Below the pieces are notes generated by a model that ran no database searches, was not told where the DNA came from, and saw only the letters and a program-made list of their open reading frames with translations. A DNA stretch of 63,012 nt, filler included, from Octopus bimaculoides (lineage: Eukaryota): the NCBI RefSeq assembly GCF_001194135.2. It is 6 parts of 4 records of this genome, joined end to end, with 100 filler letters (N's around TTAATTAATTAA, not from the genome) between each part and the next. Parts side by side here need not be neighbours in the genome. Positions count along the whole stretch, not along the records: positions 29,244 to 47,395 come from NC_068986.1; positions 47,496 to 52,004 come from NC_068984.1; 4 more parts are not named here. One strand, given 5' to 3'. A program made the position numbers and the translations under genes. Shown piece by piece: positions 36,850 through 48,598 of this stretch. Numbering within the stretch: the first letter of the stretch is position 1; every line of letters begins with the position of its first letter.

Positions 36850-39700
36850 GTAATATAACAAAGAGAAAATTTGTAAATGTGAATTAAAACTATAACAGTA
36901 AAAATGCAGTTAGACACTGCAAATAATATTACCATTGTGAACAAAAAAACTTGGTAGTATATCAGTAAACCGAAATTAAGTAAATCTACAAAAGTAGCAC
37001 ATGGTGTAAAAGATTGTATTTTGTCGGTGAATTTGTCTGTAATGAAAATGGCAAAAATATGTGTTAAAAGATTCAGTTAATCTATTTGGCACAGAGTGGA
37101 TGGAACTATTTAAATTGTGGAATATACCCATAGGTGTTTTGTGTGGAAATATAGTCGGTTCAGTCAAAGGTTCGAATGTGGCTGAGGTACTGAAACAAAA
37201 AATAAAACATTTATTTCCAGACGTTTTCTCAGAGGAACTGGGCTGTTGCATGAAAACAAAGGCAAAAATTGCAGTAAAACAAAGTGCAACACCTGTATTT
37301 AAGCCAAAACATAATGTACCATTCCCAGCAATAGACCAGGTAAACAAGGAACTTGAAAGACTTGAAAGCCTAGGAATAATCAAGAAGACAGATCACTCAG
37401 ATGGGGCAACACCTGCAGTTTACGTAAAAAAGAAAAATAACTATGTAAAAAAGAAAAATAACAAGTTAAGAGTTTGTGCAGATTTTTCAACAGGTTTGAA
37501 TCATTGCTTAATCTCACATATCTACCTATTGCCAAGTCTTGAGGAAGTGTTTGCAAAATTGAATGGAGGAAATTCTTCTCAAAATTAGACCTCTTGTAGG
37601 CATATCTACAAATCCAAGTTGGAAAAGAACGCCCACATTTATTAACAATTAATACACACCATGGCTTATTTAAACTGAAGTGGCTTCCCTTCGGTGTAAA
37701 AGTAGCTTCTTCCATATTTCCTGCAAATAATGGATACAATACTGGATGACTGTGATTTTGCTATCGCCTACTTAGATGATATTCTAATAAAAAGTGAATC
37801 ATATGAACAACATGTAGAACACGTTAAAAGAATATTCAAGGAGATTAGAGAATACAGCTTCAGATTAACAGAGTAAAAATGTGAATTCTTTTTGAAAAAA
37901 ATTATATACTTGGGCCAGATAATAGATAAAAATGAATGGAAACCAGATCCATTCAGAGCAACTGCAATAAAAAATATGCCCACACCGAATAATATGACTA
38001 TGATACAAGCATTCTTGGGTTTAGCAAATTACTATCAAATTTACATTCCCAATACACATAATGTAAGGGCCCTAGTCAATGATCTGTTAAAGAAAAAAAA
38101 AATGGTGTTGGACTGATAAGTGCCAGAAGGCATTTGATGAGTTAAAAGAACTTTAACATCAGACTTATTGTTAATGCATTTTGATCCAAAGTTGGATATT
38201 ATATTGGCTACAGATGAGAGTGATTATGGTGTAGGAGCCATGCTTCTGCACAAATATGACAATGGGAGTAAAATGGCTATAGCCAATGCATCACAATCAT
38301 TATTACCAGCTGAAAGGAACTACAGCCAAATAGAAAAGGAAGCATTAGCAATCATATTTGGTGTGAAAAAATTCTATAGATTTATTCATGAAAGAAATTT
38401 CTGTCTACAAATGGTTCGTCACCCACTACTGTCAATATACGGTTCTACAAAAGGAATGCCAACACACACAGCAAATAGACTACAGCAATGGATCACTACA
38501 TTATTGAATTAGGATTTCAAAATGGAATATTTACCATCAAAAAAACTAGGGCATGCAGATGATTTGTCCAGACTGATACCAAAACACTGCAAACTATTTG
38601 AAGCAGCTTTAAGAGCAGGAGAAATAAAAAATGTAATAAGGTACCAGTATCCTTAGAAGACATAAAGTGAAGTGTGGTAAAGGACAAATTCATAACAAAA
38701 GTGAAAAGAACACTGTGGTCAGGAAAAGTAAATAGGAACAGGATTGGTGTGAAATGAAACCAAGACATGAACCTATACACAATTTCTGATAGTGTACAGA
38801 TGTATGCACAGAGCGTAGTGATACTTGAAACACTACAAAAGAAAATGTTGAGGGAATTCCATGTTGGACATCCTGGTATTTTGGGGATGAAAGCTTTAAT
38901 GTGTAGCTATATGTACTGGCCAAAAATGGATAGAGAAATTGAAAATTGAGTAAAAAATTGTAGATGATGTGCTCTAGAGGTAAAATTACTGATAAAAAGT
39001 GAACCTTGGCTAAAAGTAGATGTTCCATGGTCAAAACCACACATTGATTTCACTGGTCCTTTAAACGATTCATACTACTTAGTGGTAGTTGATAGTTTCT
39101 CTAAATGGCCAGAAATTTGTAAGTGTAAAAACCAATTTCGTCAACTGTGACAAATTTTTTACATAAGCTGTTTGCGAGATTTGGCATCCCAGACACAATA
39201 GTGTCTGACAATGGAATGCAATTTGTGTCTTTTGAATTTAAAATGTTCTGTAAAATGTTCACTGTAGAACATGTAATTACAGCACCATACCATCCCAGAT
39301 CTAACGGACAAGCAGAATGCTTTGTTAGGTTCAAGAGAGCCCTAAGAAAGTCAGATAAGGAAGTCATGGCTGAGGTAGCTATTCAACAATTCTTAAGGGT
39401 ATACCATGTGACACCAAATCCAAATACAGCAACAGGTATGTCACCAGTGGAGCTGATGCTTACAAGGAAAATAAAATCAGTCTTTGAGAAATTGCTACCA
39501 GGCAAGAAAAGAAAAGCTGCAAGGGAAAATACAGCAAGATTTTTCAAAATTGGTGAAAAGGTGTTTGTGAGGGCATATAAGAACAGAAAACAGAGTTGAA
39601 AAGATGGCATGATTACCAAACACATAGGAAAAATACTATACTTGGTAAAAAGTAGAAAAGGCATATACAAGAGAGACATGAATAAACTGAAAAAAAAAAT
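36850..39700 (+). pseudogene. pol: Gypsy (Mag/K02A2.6-like) pol remnant: protease, RT, RNase H, integrase
   Basis: LDT, ELERLESLGII, LRVCADFSTGLN, AYLDD, LATDESDYGVGA, YSQIEKEALAI, HVGHPG, HIDFTGP, SDNGMQF, YHPRSNGQAE. Purine tract at 39866-39877. Confidence 0.9.
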
Positions 39701-41187
39701 TCGCTGACAGCAAACCCAAGAGAATGGAAGAACCAATAAAATGGTTATATGATGCTTTTCAAGTACCAATGGTACTACAGGTGATTGAACCCAGGAGCAC
39801 AAGTATAAGGAAAAGAAAATGTATGGAGTTCCTGGAAGCAGATGCCAAGTAAGAAACAAAAACTTAAAAAAGGGAGGTGGGGGTGATACAAAAAGTATCC
39901 ACCAATTTCTCACCCTGATGTTTATATTAAATGTTTTGCACTATATATTAAAATTCTTTTTTATTCTCTGCATGTCAAAAAAACAGGAGAGTGCATTAGG
40001 GATACCAAAGTCTGGATCTGAGTCAAACATATTGCTAATTTAACTTCCTTGTTTCTTTACATGAAACTTCATTGATATATGATGCTTCTTGATCATTATT
40101 CCTCTGTTATTTGAAATGGAGCTATGTTCCAAACAACCATAAAAATAAATTATCCAGTTGACATCATGTTAACTTTACTTGTACTTTAATTCGTTCTGTT
40201 TTTATATTCTTCATTTATTTACATTTTTTTCAGTTTTGATTTTTTTTTTTTTTTAATTGCTATTCCAAGATATTCTAGATTTCATTTTCAATGACTTTAT
40301 ATTTCAGCTCCAGAAAAAAAACTCAAAAGACAAAATATTGCTGCCCTACAAAGCTAAACTGTAATTAACAGAAAGTTTATTTGAAGAAATTAACCGATTA
40401 ATTAGCAGGAATAAGGCAACTTTCCAGAGAAGAAGATAGTCAGTTAATTCAAACTCAGTATATTACAGATACTATTTCATCAATCCTGTAAATACGAAAG
40501 ATAGAGTTAACCTCAGTGGAGGTTTTTTAACATAAAGGGACATAATTACAGCACTGAAAACCATCTAGTTAGCATTATATTATTCCACTCTCCAACATCT
40601 AGTATAACAACAGCTAGAAGATATGTGGAAATTCTACAGATCATAAATTTTCTTATTTACATTTTGGTACAGAAATTTATAGATCTTCGTAAAATTGTTT
40701 CATTGTGTTAAAGTTTTTAATTGTTTTCAATTTTGTTCAGTGGTTAAGGTTGTTTATTAAAGCATAACAGACAAATGCAATGACAAACAATAATATTGTA
40801 GATGATTTTGAACACAATTAATAATAATTGTAGATGGAAAGCAGTTGATTTAATTAAATCTAGTATGAGACATTTACTTAAATTGATAGATCCCTGCAGA
40901 ATGAAAGCAAAATTTGCAGCAGTTGGATTTGAAATTAGAATACCAAAGGATATTTTGACTGGCATTCTACCATTCTGTGACTCACCATTTTTACAATAAT
41001 AATAATCATGACTTGTAACATGAGCACAAGGCCAAAAATTTCAGAGAAAAATTTTAGGTGGTTATATTGATCTCAGTAGTTAACTAGTATTTATTTAATT
41101 GACACAGGAAGTCAATAAAATGAACATTTCAAGCATTCCATACTGTACAGTACATCATTTCATCCATGAATAGCATCTTCAATTTTT

Positions 41188-41570
41188 ACCTCCGCCAAGA
41201 AAGGAGGTTATGTTTTCATCGGTGTTGGTTTGTCCATCTGTCCATCTGTGTGCAAAATAACTCAAAATGTTGTGAACAGTATTTGATGAAACTTGCAGGA
41301 AAAGTTGGTAATGACACAAGGAACAGATGATGAAATTTTGGTAGTTATCTAGGAATTTTTATGGATTCTTGAAGGATTTTTCATTTGTTATATTTACTTT
41401 ACATGAAATATTACAACGTTACATTCTTTGATTATCTGCATTGAAAACACATTCATCGTTTACACATAACTTATGGTGGTGTTGCTGTTTCCAAAGTTTA
41501 TTTTCGTTTCTCTATTAGTAATTTTACTCGCATATCTATCTTAAAATGAGCTGCTTGGTGGAGGTCTGCA
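41188..41570 (+). mobile_element. Helentron-associated non-autonomous element (HINE-like)
   Basis: Subterminal IRs acctccgccaag (41188) and cttggtggaggt (41554); ggaggttatgtttt and gtcc microsatellite-like 5' part. Confidence 0.65.
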
Positions 41571-41574
41571 GAGG

Positions 41575-41950
41575 ATGACATGACAAGCCTTGACTATTGG
41601 GATCAACCCAAAAAGCTCAGGCTTTGCTCTCTCCACTGCCGCTGTGAGCTCTATATCATCTGTATGATGTGGAAAATATTCCATCAACATTGCCCATCTT
41701 TAAAATTCATCCGAGGCTTGGCCACCATGCCATCCGTCCACTACAGAAATGTTCGTGTCGTATCACAACACTATGACAGAACTATTTCACCTCAATTGGC
41801 CCTGCTCTCTTCAGCATCATGCCAGACACACATAAAGGAGGAAAGTGACTTCACGGCATTCAAACGATCCCCAACAAATACGAGATAAACCACCCACACC
41901 CAGATATGTCTCTGAAAACAATAACCCTCAGCTTGAATGGGCTATGGTTC
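41575..41950 (+). mobile_element. CR1/L2-type LINE 3' fragment
   Basis: SLHCRCELYIICMMWKI, GPALFSIMPDTH and DFTAFKRS resemble the SLQRRRERY...GPRLFN.LP...FKR C-terminal pattern. Confidence 0.6.
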
Positions 41951-42404
41951 CCCAGAGCTGACTGTGTATCTCTTCCAGGTGATGCTATTAAATTAGACAT
42001 GGCCTGAGTCAACTTCAGCCGAAACTTATCTAAATAATCTAATCTATGCTGTAATCTTTTAATCAAAGTATGACTACGTGGGTAGAGGCTGATATCTTAA
42101 CATTTCTGATGGTCTTAAGTATAAAAAAAATTATTAAAGATTTATATAGAACTACACTCAGAGTATGTCTATAAGCTATTTGTGTTTAGACCTGGTTTCT
42201 ATCCTGAAACTGTTCCGTTTTGTAGATGCATTTTTTTTTTTTTAATAAAGCACCCCAAAATTAGAAAAATCAAAAATCTGCAACAATCTTGGTCCCATGA
42301 GTATCGGATAATGGATTTTTAACTGTGTAAAGAAACTGATTGTGGTGATTGTGGTGAAAGCAAAGACAGTGTTGATGATGACAATAGTCGAGATAAGTAT
42401 GGGA

Positions 42405-42521
42405 GGAGGTTATGTTTTTGCCAGCGTTGGTTTGGGAAATTGAGCGATTTTCAGCATGTGTGTATATGGGTGGAAATGAGCTGCATGGCAGAGGTCTGCG
42501 CTCTCTGAGTGCTTTTCTAGT
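42405..42521 (+). mobile_element. Internally deleted HINE-like copy
   Basis: ggaggttatgttttt...gaggtctgcgctctctgagtgcttttctag. Confidence 0.6.
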
Positions 42522-42559
42522 TTTTAACAGTTTTTATGACATTGATGACAAATAGAAGT

Positions 42560-42935
42560 TCTTACAGGACAATCTACTGAAGTCTTCATTGTTATTTTTC
42601 AGACACTTCCACCATGTGTTGAACAAGGAGCTTTTTTCACTGAAAATCTTACACAATATATCTATTGTGTCATTAAGTTTTACATCAGACGGGTTTTCTT
42701 GAGAGTAAAAAATTACTGTATCATTCATGTTCTGTTGGCACCAGTTTTCTCAAGATGAGGCAAGTTTTTATCATCATCCCAATCTTTACATTCTTTCTCA
42801 AAGATTTGCTCATATCTTCTGAGTTATGCTTCAAAGGTAACTCCTTCATCAGGTTTGTATTTGAATTCAGTAATTAAATTCACAAAACAGTCTGGCAAGA
42901 ACACTTTTTCTGGCTTTCCTGATGACCGAAGAAGC
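42560..42935 (-). pseudogene. gag: Second gag fragment of the same Gypsy family, inverted
   Basis: EFKYKPDEGVTFEA and DTIDILCKIFSEKSSLFNTWWKCL; homologous to about 36010-36370. Confidence 0.85.
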
Positions 42936-43094
42936 CCGTCAAGTTCTTGTAAACATATAATAATTCTAGTGAAATACATTCACTGATTTCAAATTTAGAA
43001 ATAATACATTTCTAAATCTCTCAGGGGACTGTCACATTAAGTTGACAGTATACAACTACTTCATCGTATCACTACTGCATAAATCTCTCTATGG

Positions 43095-43810
43095 AAAACT
43101 GATTGCCTAAAATGTCTTGGTGTCTCTCTAGAAGTTGTAGATAATTATTACTACCTAAGTGACCTAATTAGCAGTGGAAGAGGTTGTACAGAAAGTGTAA
43201 TTGCTAGAATAAGAATAGGATGGAGAAAGTTCAGAGAGCTTTTACCTTTGTTGGCAATCAAAGATCTCTCTCTTTGAGAAAAAGGGAAAATTATATAATG
43301 TATGTGTACGAACTGCAAAGCTGCATGGTAGTGAGATACAGGCCCTGAATGCAGAGGACATGCAAAGTTTGGAAAGGAGCAAGGCTGGTATGCTCCGATG
43401 GATGTACAATGTTAGTGTTCATGTGCAACAGAGCATTGGTGTATTGAGAGAGAAGCTGGGCATAAGAGGAATTAGAGGCAGTGGGCATGGTTTGGTCATG
43501 TGATGCAGATGGATAAGGACCGTTGCATAAAGAATTAAGATCCTAAAACCAAAATGCTACATAAAAAGCATTGGTGTGGGAGCTGATGCCACATGAAAAG
43601 CATTGGTGATGGTGCCACATAAAAAGCACCAGGTACACTGTGGAGTAGTTGGCATTAGGAGGGGTATTTAGCCATAGAAACCAAGCTAAAACAGACTATG
43701 GAACCTGGTGCAGCCTTTAGCCTTAGCAGTTCCTGTTAAGCCATCCAACCCATGCCAGCACAGAAAACAGACATAAAATAATGATGATGATGATGATGAT
43801 GACGATGATG
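43095..43810 (+). mobile_element. RTE LINE 3' fragment (ORF2 end, UTR, (GAT)n)
   Basis: LEVVDNYYYLSDLIS, ARIRIGWRKFRELLPLL, KGKLYNVCVR, LHGSE, MLRWM, LREKLGIRGI. Confidence 0.85.
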
Positions 43811-43862
43811 GTGAGATGTGTGTGTGTGTGTGTGTGCATGCATGTGTGTGTGTATATATATA

Positions 43863-45049
43863 CAGGGTGCGTAAGGTATTTGAGGACAGTTATATACTTA
43901 CACAATAATGCCTTTTTACTGAAAAAAGGTTTTGAGGATAAGAATAAATATTGTTTCGTCATTTTATTCAATATTCAGCTTCAATAACAGCTTCTATGCT
44001 AGGTCTGAATCGCCTACATGTTAGGATCAAGTGGTCTGTGTTCATATTGGACATTACTCTGACTATGGAGGCTTTTAAGGATTCTTTGGTGTTACGAGGG
44101 CACTCATTAGCCTCTTTCTTGACTACACTCCCTACATAGTAGTCCAATGGATTGAGATCTGGGGAACTAGGAGACCAAATGTTGGGGCTTATGTGGTCAG
44201 GAAAATTTTCCACCATTCATTCCTGCATTGCTGTAGCCTTGTGTGATGGTACTGAGTCTTGTTGAAACACAAAAGGTCTTCCGTTCCATACATTATTGAT
44301 CCATGGCTTAACCACTGTATTCAGAACATCTATGTAGGCAGTAGAGTTTGTGGAAAGAAGTGAGGAGGCATCACATGTCCTTCATTACCGACAACATGAC
44401 AGTTTCAGGAAATTTTGTATGCATTACTCTTGGAACTTCCGAAGGGTCTGTACATAGCCACCTGTTATTTCTTCTGTTTACTTTCTGATCAAAGTTTTTC
44501 TTGTCTGAGAAGAACCAAATGACATCTTTCTCTGCTAGGTTTTTAAGTTTGTTCAGAAGTCTTTTAGATCTGATTAAGCAACTTTCCTTCACTGCTTCTG
44601 ACATAAATTTACCTTTTCTCATCGCATAAGATTTGTATCTGATGTGAAGACATCATATACAAATCTTCGGATTGTTCCTTCTGACACATGGTGTTCTTTT
44701 GCAATCAACCTCATGGATCTTCTGGGATTGTCCTCAATGGTTTGCTTTGCTTGATGAATAAATTTCTGATGTTCTAATAATATCAGTGCGTCTACAATGT
44801 TTCTTACATTTTAATATTGGCGATACATTTCCATCTTTAGCCTCTTCCTTGCAACTTTTGTAGATGAAGGATCTAGTGATTTTTAAATATCGTGCTATTT
44901 CTAAATTGCTATGTTCAGCCTTTACAGCCACAATGATTGCATGTCTCTTCATTGTCTGCTATTCATAATTCTAAAATATAGAAAATATTAAGTTTATAAG
45001 TATGCTGCTATAGTAAAATTAACATATGTCCTCAAATACCTTGCGGACC

Positions 45050-45052
<3 letters not shown>
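43863..45052 (-). mobile_element. Decayed full-length maT (DD37D) transposon
   Basis: TIR cagggt(g/c)cg(t/c)aaggtatttgaggaca at both ends; FFSDKKNF; QDSVPSH...WSPSSPDLNPLD with 37 residues between the last two Asp. Confidence 0.9.
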
Positions 45053-45111
<59 letters not shown>

Positions 45112-45113
<2 letters not shown>

Positions 45114-46335
45114 TTATCATCATCAGTTAACATCTGTTTTCTTTGGGCTGGATGGTTTGCAAGTGATGGCCACCTGAAGAGCTGCCTGGGCTCCGTGTCT
45201 ATTTTGGTATGGTTTCTACAGCTGGATGCCATTCCTAATGCCAATCACTTTACAGTGTGTACTGGGTGCACTTACACTCTACTGGCATGAGAGCCTTTTA
45301 CATGGCACCAGCACCCATACCCCTGCAAGATTAGGAACACTATGCAGAAGAGGGATGCAGGGGACATGCCTGTATGCAAGGACAACCACGATTTTACTTA
45401 GCTTGACATGTCTTCTCAAGCACAGTAAACCACCAGGAGTCTTGGTCCTTTGCCATTCCCTCTGCGAGGCCCAATGTCTTCTCTCTTGCATATTAATTTA
45501 ATGCCTCATATACCCAGTTTTTCTTTCAAATCACTTACACTCTGTCAAATATGCACACTGACATTACCCATCCAGCAGAGCATACTGGCTTCATTTCTTT
45601 CAAGCCTTCACACATCCTCGGTAGTCACAGCCTATGTCTCACAGCCATGTAGCATAGCTATCCATATACAGGCATCGTACAATTTACCTTTCACTCTGAG
45701 GGAGAGGCCCTTCATTACTAACAGAGATAGTAGCTCTCTGAGCTTTGCCCAGGCTATTCTTATTCTAGCAGGTATGCTTTTGGAATAACCTTCACCACTG
45801 CTAACTTGGTCACCTAAGAATCCCCAGTGACATTTGAAGGAATCTATTTTTTGTTCATTCCTGGTATTTAATGTACCTGCACATCTGCCACATATAAAGA
45901 CTACTTTCTCTGTTAGACTTCCAATGATAATGCTGCACCTCGTATGTGTCCATAGCTTGCACTGGGTACACCATATGAAGTTTCTCCTCATACCTTTTCT
46001 ACATATTGAGCAGGTCCAACTCCTGTGATTTGCCGGATTTCCTGCTTATTAAGGCTTTAGTCTTTGCTAAGTTAACACCAAGGCCCTTTGATTCCAGACT
46101 TTGCTTCCACACCTGAAATTTCTTCTCTAGTTCTGGCAATATGAACAAGGTCATCTGTGTAGAGGAGCTCCCAAAGGAAGCCAATCTTAAATTCCACTAT
46201 TATAGCTTGGAGGACTATGATGAACAAGAGGAAGCTGAGAACCAATCCCTGGTGGACTCCTACTTGTACACTAAGTTACTTGCTATGCTCATAGGCAACT
46301 TTCACCTTACTAACAGCATCCCTGTACATGGATTT
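45112..46335 (-). mobile_element. RTE LINE 5'-truncated copy with a PHD-like finger inside the RT C-terminal part
   Basis: VGVHQGLVLS, LLYTDDLV, GLGVNLAKTK, CSIC..CTQC....H..C..CGRC, ARIRIAWAKLRELL, KGKLYDAC; tail (GAT)n. Confidence 0.85.
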
Positions 46336-46475
46336 TATAGCTCTCTCCAACCATTCATCTATCCCCACCAACCACTCATCTATATATAAATTTGGATAAG
46401 ATGAGTGGTTGATATATATAAATGGTTATATATATATATAAATTGGTATATATGAATTGCTATAATTATTATGCA

Positions 46476-46920
46476 GGGAATGAGCTGGCAGAGACATTAA
46501 CACATCTTGTGATATTTCCTCCAGGTCTTTACATTCTGAGTTCAAATGTTGTTGAGGTCAACTTTGCCTTTCATCTTTTCAGGGTCAATGAAATAAGTAC
46601 CAGTTGAGCACTGGGATCGATGTAATTGACCAGCTATCTCCCACAAAATGTTAGATCTTATACCTATACTAGAAAGAATCATTATTATTAAAGACAACAA
46701 GCTGGCAGGATTGTTTGCATGCTGTACAAAATGCTTAGTAGCATTTCTTTCAGCTTTATGTTCTGAGTTCAAATTCAGCCAATGTTGACATTGCTTTTAA
46801 TCTTTTCAGAGTCAATAAAAGAAGTATCAATTGAGCACTGAGGTCAATGTAATTGAATAACCCTTCCCCCAAATTTCCAGGCCTTGAGCCTATATTTGAA
46901 AAATTATTATTATTATTAAT
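46476..46920 (+). mobile_element. Two tandem CpG-decayed SINE family B copies
   Basis: gagctggcagagac...gagttcaaatgttgttgaggtcaactttgcc and aagctggcaggattg...gagttcaaattcagccaatgttgacattgc. Confidence 0.8.
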
Positions 46921-47042
46921 ATTCAAGGATTGACTTTACTTCTCCTGAAGGTAAAGGAACAATAAGAAGAGTGCGACTGTTATCGAATGAACAATATTTC
47001 GACACTTCGTGTATCTTCCACAAGTTCAAAATGATCATCTCA

Positions 47043-47395
47043 ATCTATTATTATTATTATTATCATTATCATTATTATTATTATCATCAATATTATTATT
47101 ATTATCAATATTATTATCAATATTATTATTATTATTATTATCATCATCATCAATATTATTATTATTATTATTGTTCAGTAGTTTTATTTTTATAACTTCA
47201 CTACCGAGTGCAGCTCTGTGTGCCTTGGGTATGTGCTGTGGTTTGCTGTGATGCTCTTATGGTTACTGTATTGAAAGTGTTTTGCGTAGGATGTGTGCAG
47301 TGACCAGTAGTGCAATTTTCTGTATGTTATATATATTTGTAAGTCCTGGTGTTTTTGTTATGTATTTATCTGAATATTTTTTTATTGTACCTAAG
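47043..47395 (-). mobile_element. R4/Dong-like LINE 3' end with (TAA)n tail
   Basis: Minus strand: YNIQKIALLVTAHILRKTLSIQ; the UTR cacagcacatacccaaggcacacagagctgcac is shared with 61491-61985. Confidence 0.75.
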
Positions 47396-47511
47396 NNNNN
47401 NNNNNNNNNNNNNNNNNNNNNNNNNNNNNNNNNNNNNNNTTAATTAATTAANNNNNNNNNNNNNNNNNNNNNNNNNNNNNNNNNNNNNNNNNNNNATATA
47501 TATATATATAT

Positions 47512-48598
47512 AAAACTGTTGTCCATCATCGTGGACAACACCTACTTCGCTTTCCAGGACCATATATACAAACAGACAACAGGTCTCCCCATGGGATCCA
47601 GTCACTCGGGCCTACTAGCAATCAATTATAATGAACCATCTGGAACGTCGAGCACTCAACATCTGCCGCGCATGCGCCTTCTTCACCAGGTACGTAGATG
47701 ACATCCTCATACTCACAACCTCCCGTGAAGAGGCTGAGAGAATATTCATAACGTTCAATAACATGGACATGAACATAAAGTCCACTATAGAACATCCCGA
47801 CATCACTGAATCACTATCATTACTTGACTTCAAACTGAATATAACGGAAGAAGGGGAGATCCACACCGAGTTCTACAGGAAAGCAGTCAGTAGAGATATG
47901 TTTGTCCAATACAATTCAGCACTTCCACTCCGTACCAAAATAGGATACGCCAGAAATGAACTTGCACGCATCCAAGGCAAGTGCAGCAGAACGGAGGACA
48001 AGGTGACCCACACTACACGCTTCCTAGATATATTGAAAACCAATGGGTATCCTAGTTCCATTGTAAATCGGCTTAAATACCCAAGACGCCGAACACATAG
48101 AAAACCCAGCAACACATGCTTCCTTAAAATACCCCATTTTAGCGAGAGGATAACTACAGCCATCCGAAGAGCCATAAAAAGAGAAGGGCTAGACATACAA
48201 CTAGCCCACTCCGGTCCCTCTCTGAGAGGTCACCTCGCAAAGAAACGAACAAAGGACAACAATCAATGCGCACTATCAAATTGTCCCATCCGTGACACAT
48301 TTATGCCAACGGGTAAATGTTGTGTATAGAATACAATGTAGCAAATGCAACAAGTTCTATGTGGGTAGCACAACAAGACCGTTACACGTCCGCATCAAAG
48401 AACATCTGAACACGAGAGCTTCCTCCTTCAGAAAACATCTAGACAGATGCCGGAACACTGACAAAAGCATAACAGTCACAATTGAAGCTAATGAAAGAAA
48501 TTTGGGTAATTTAAGAATTAAGGAAGCTTTACTCATACACAGACTAGGATCCCAAATTAACAACAGGCTGGAGATTGGTAATCAATATATTATTTAGC
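47512..48598 (+). mobile_element. PLE RT C-terminal half + GIY-YIG, lightly decayed
   Basis: GLPMGS, FTRYVDDILI, NGYPSSIV, VVYRIQCSKCNKFYVGSTTRPLHVRIKEH, EALLIH...INN; two frameshifts (about 47630 and 48300). Confidence 0.9.

Noticed and set aside
40802-40999. 65-aa ORF (WKAVDLIKSSMRHLLKLIDP...)
   Set aside because: No recognisable homology or clear splice signals.
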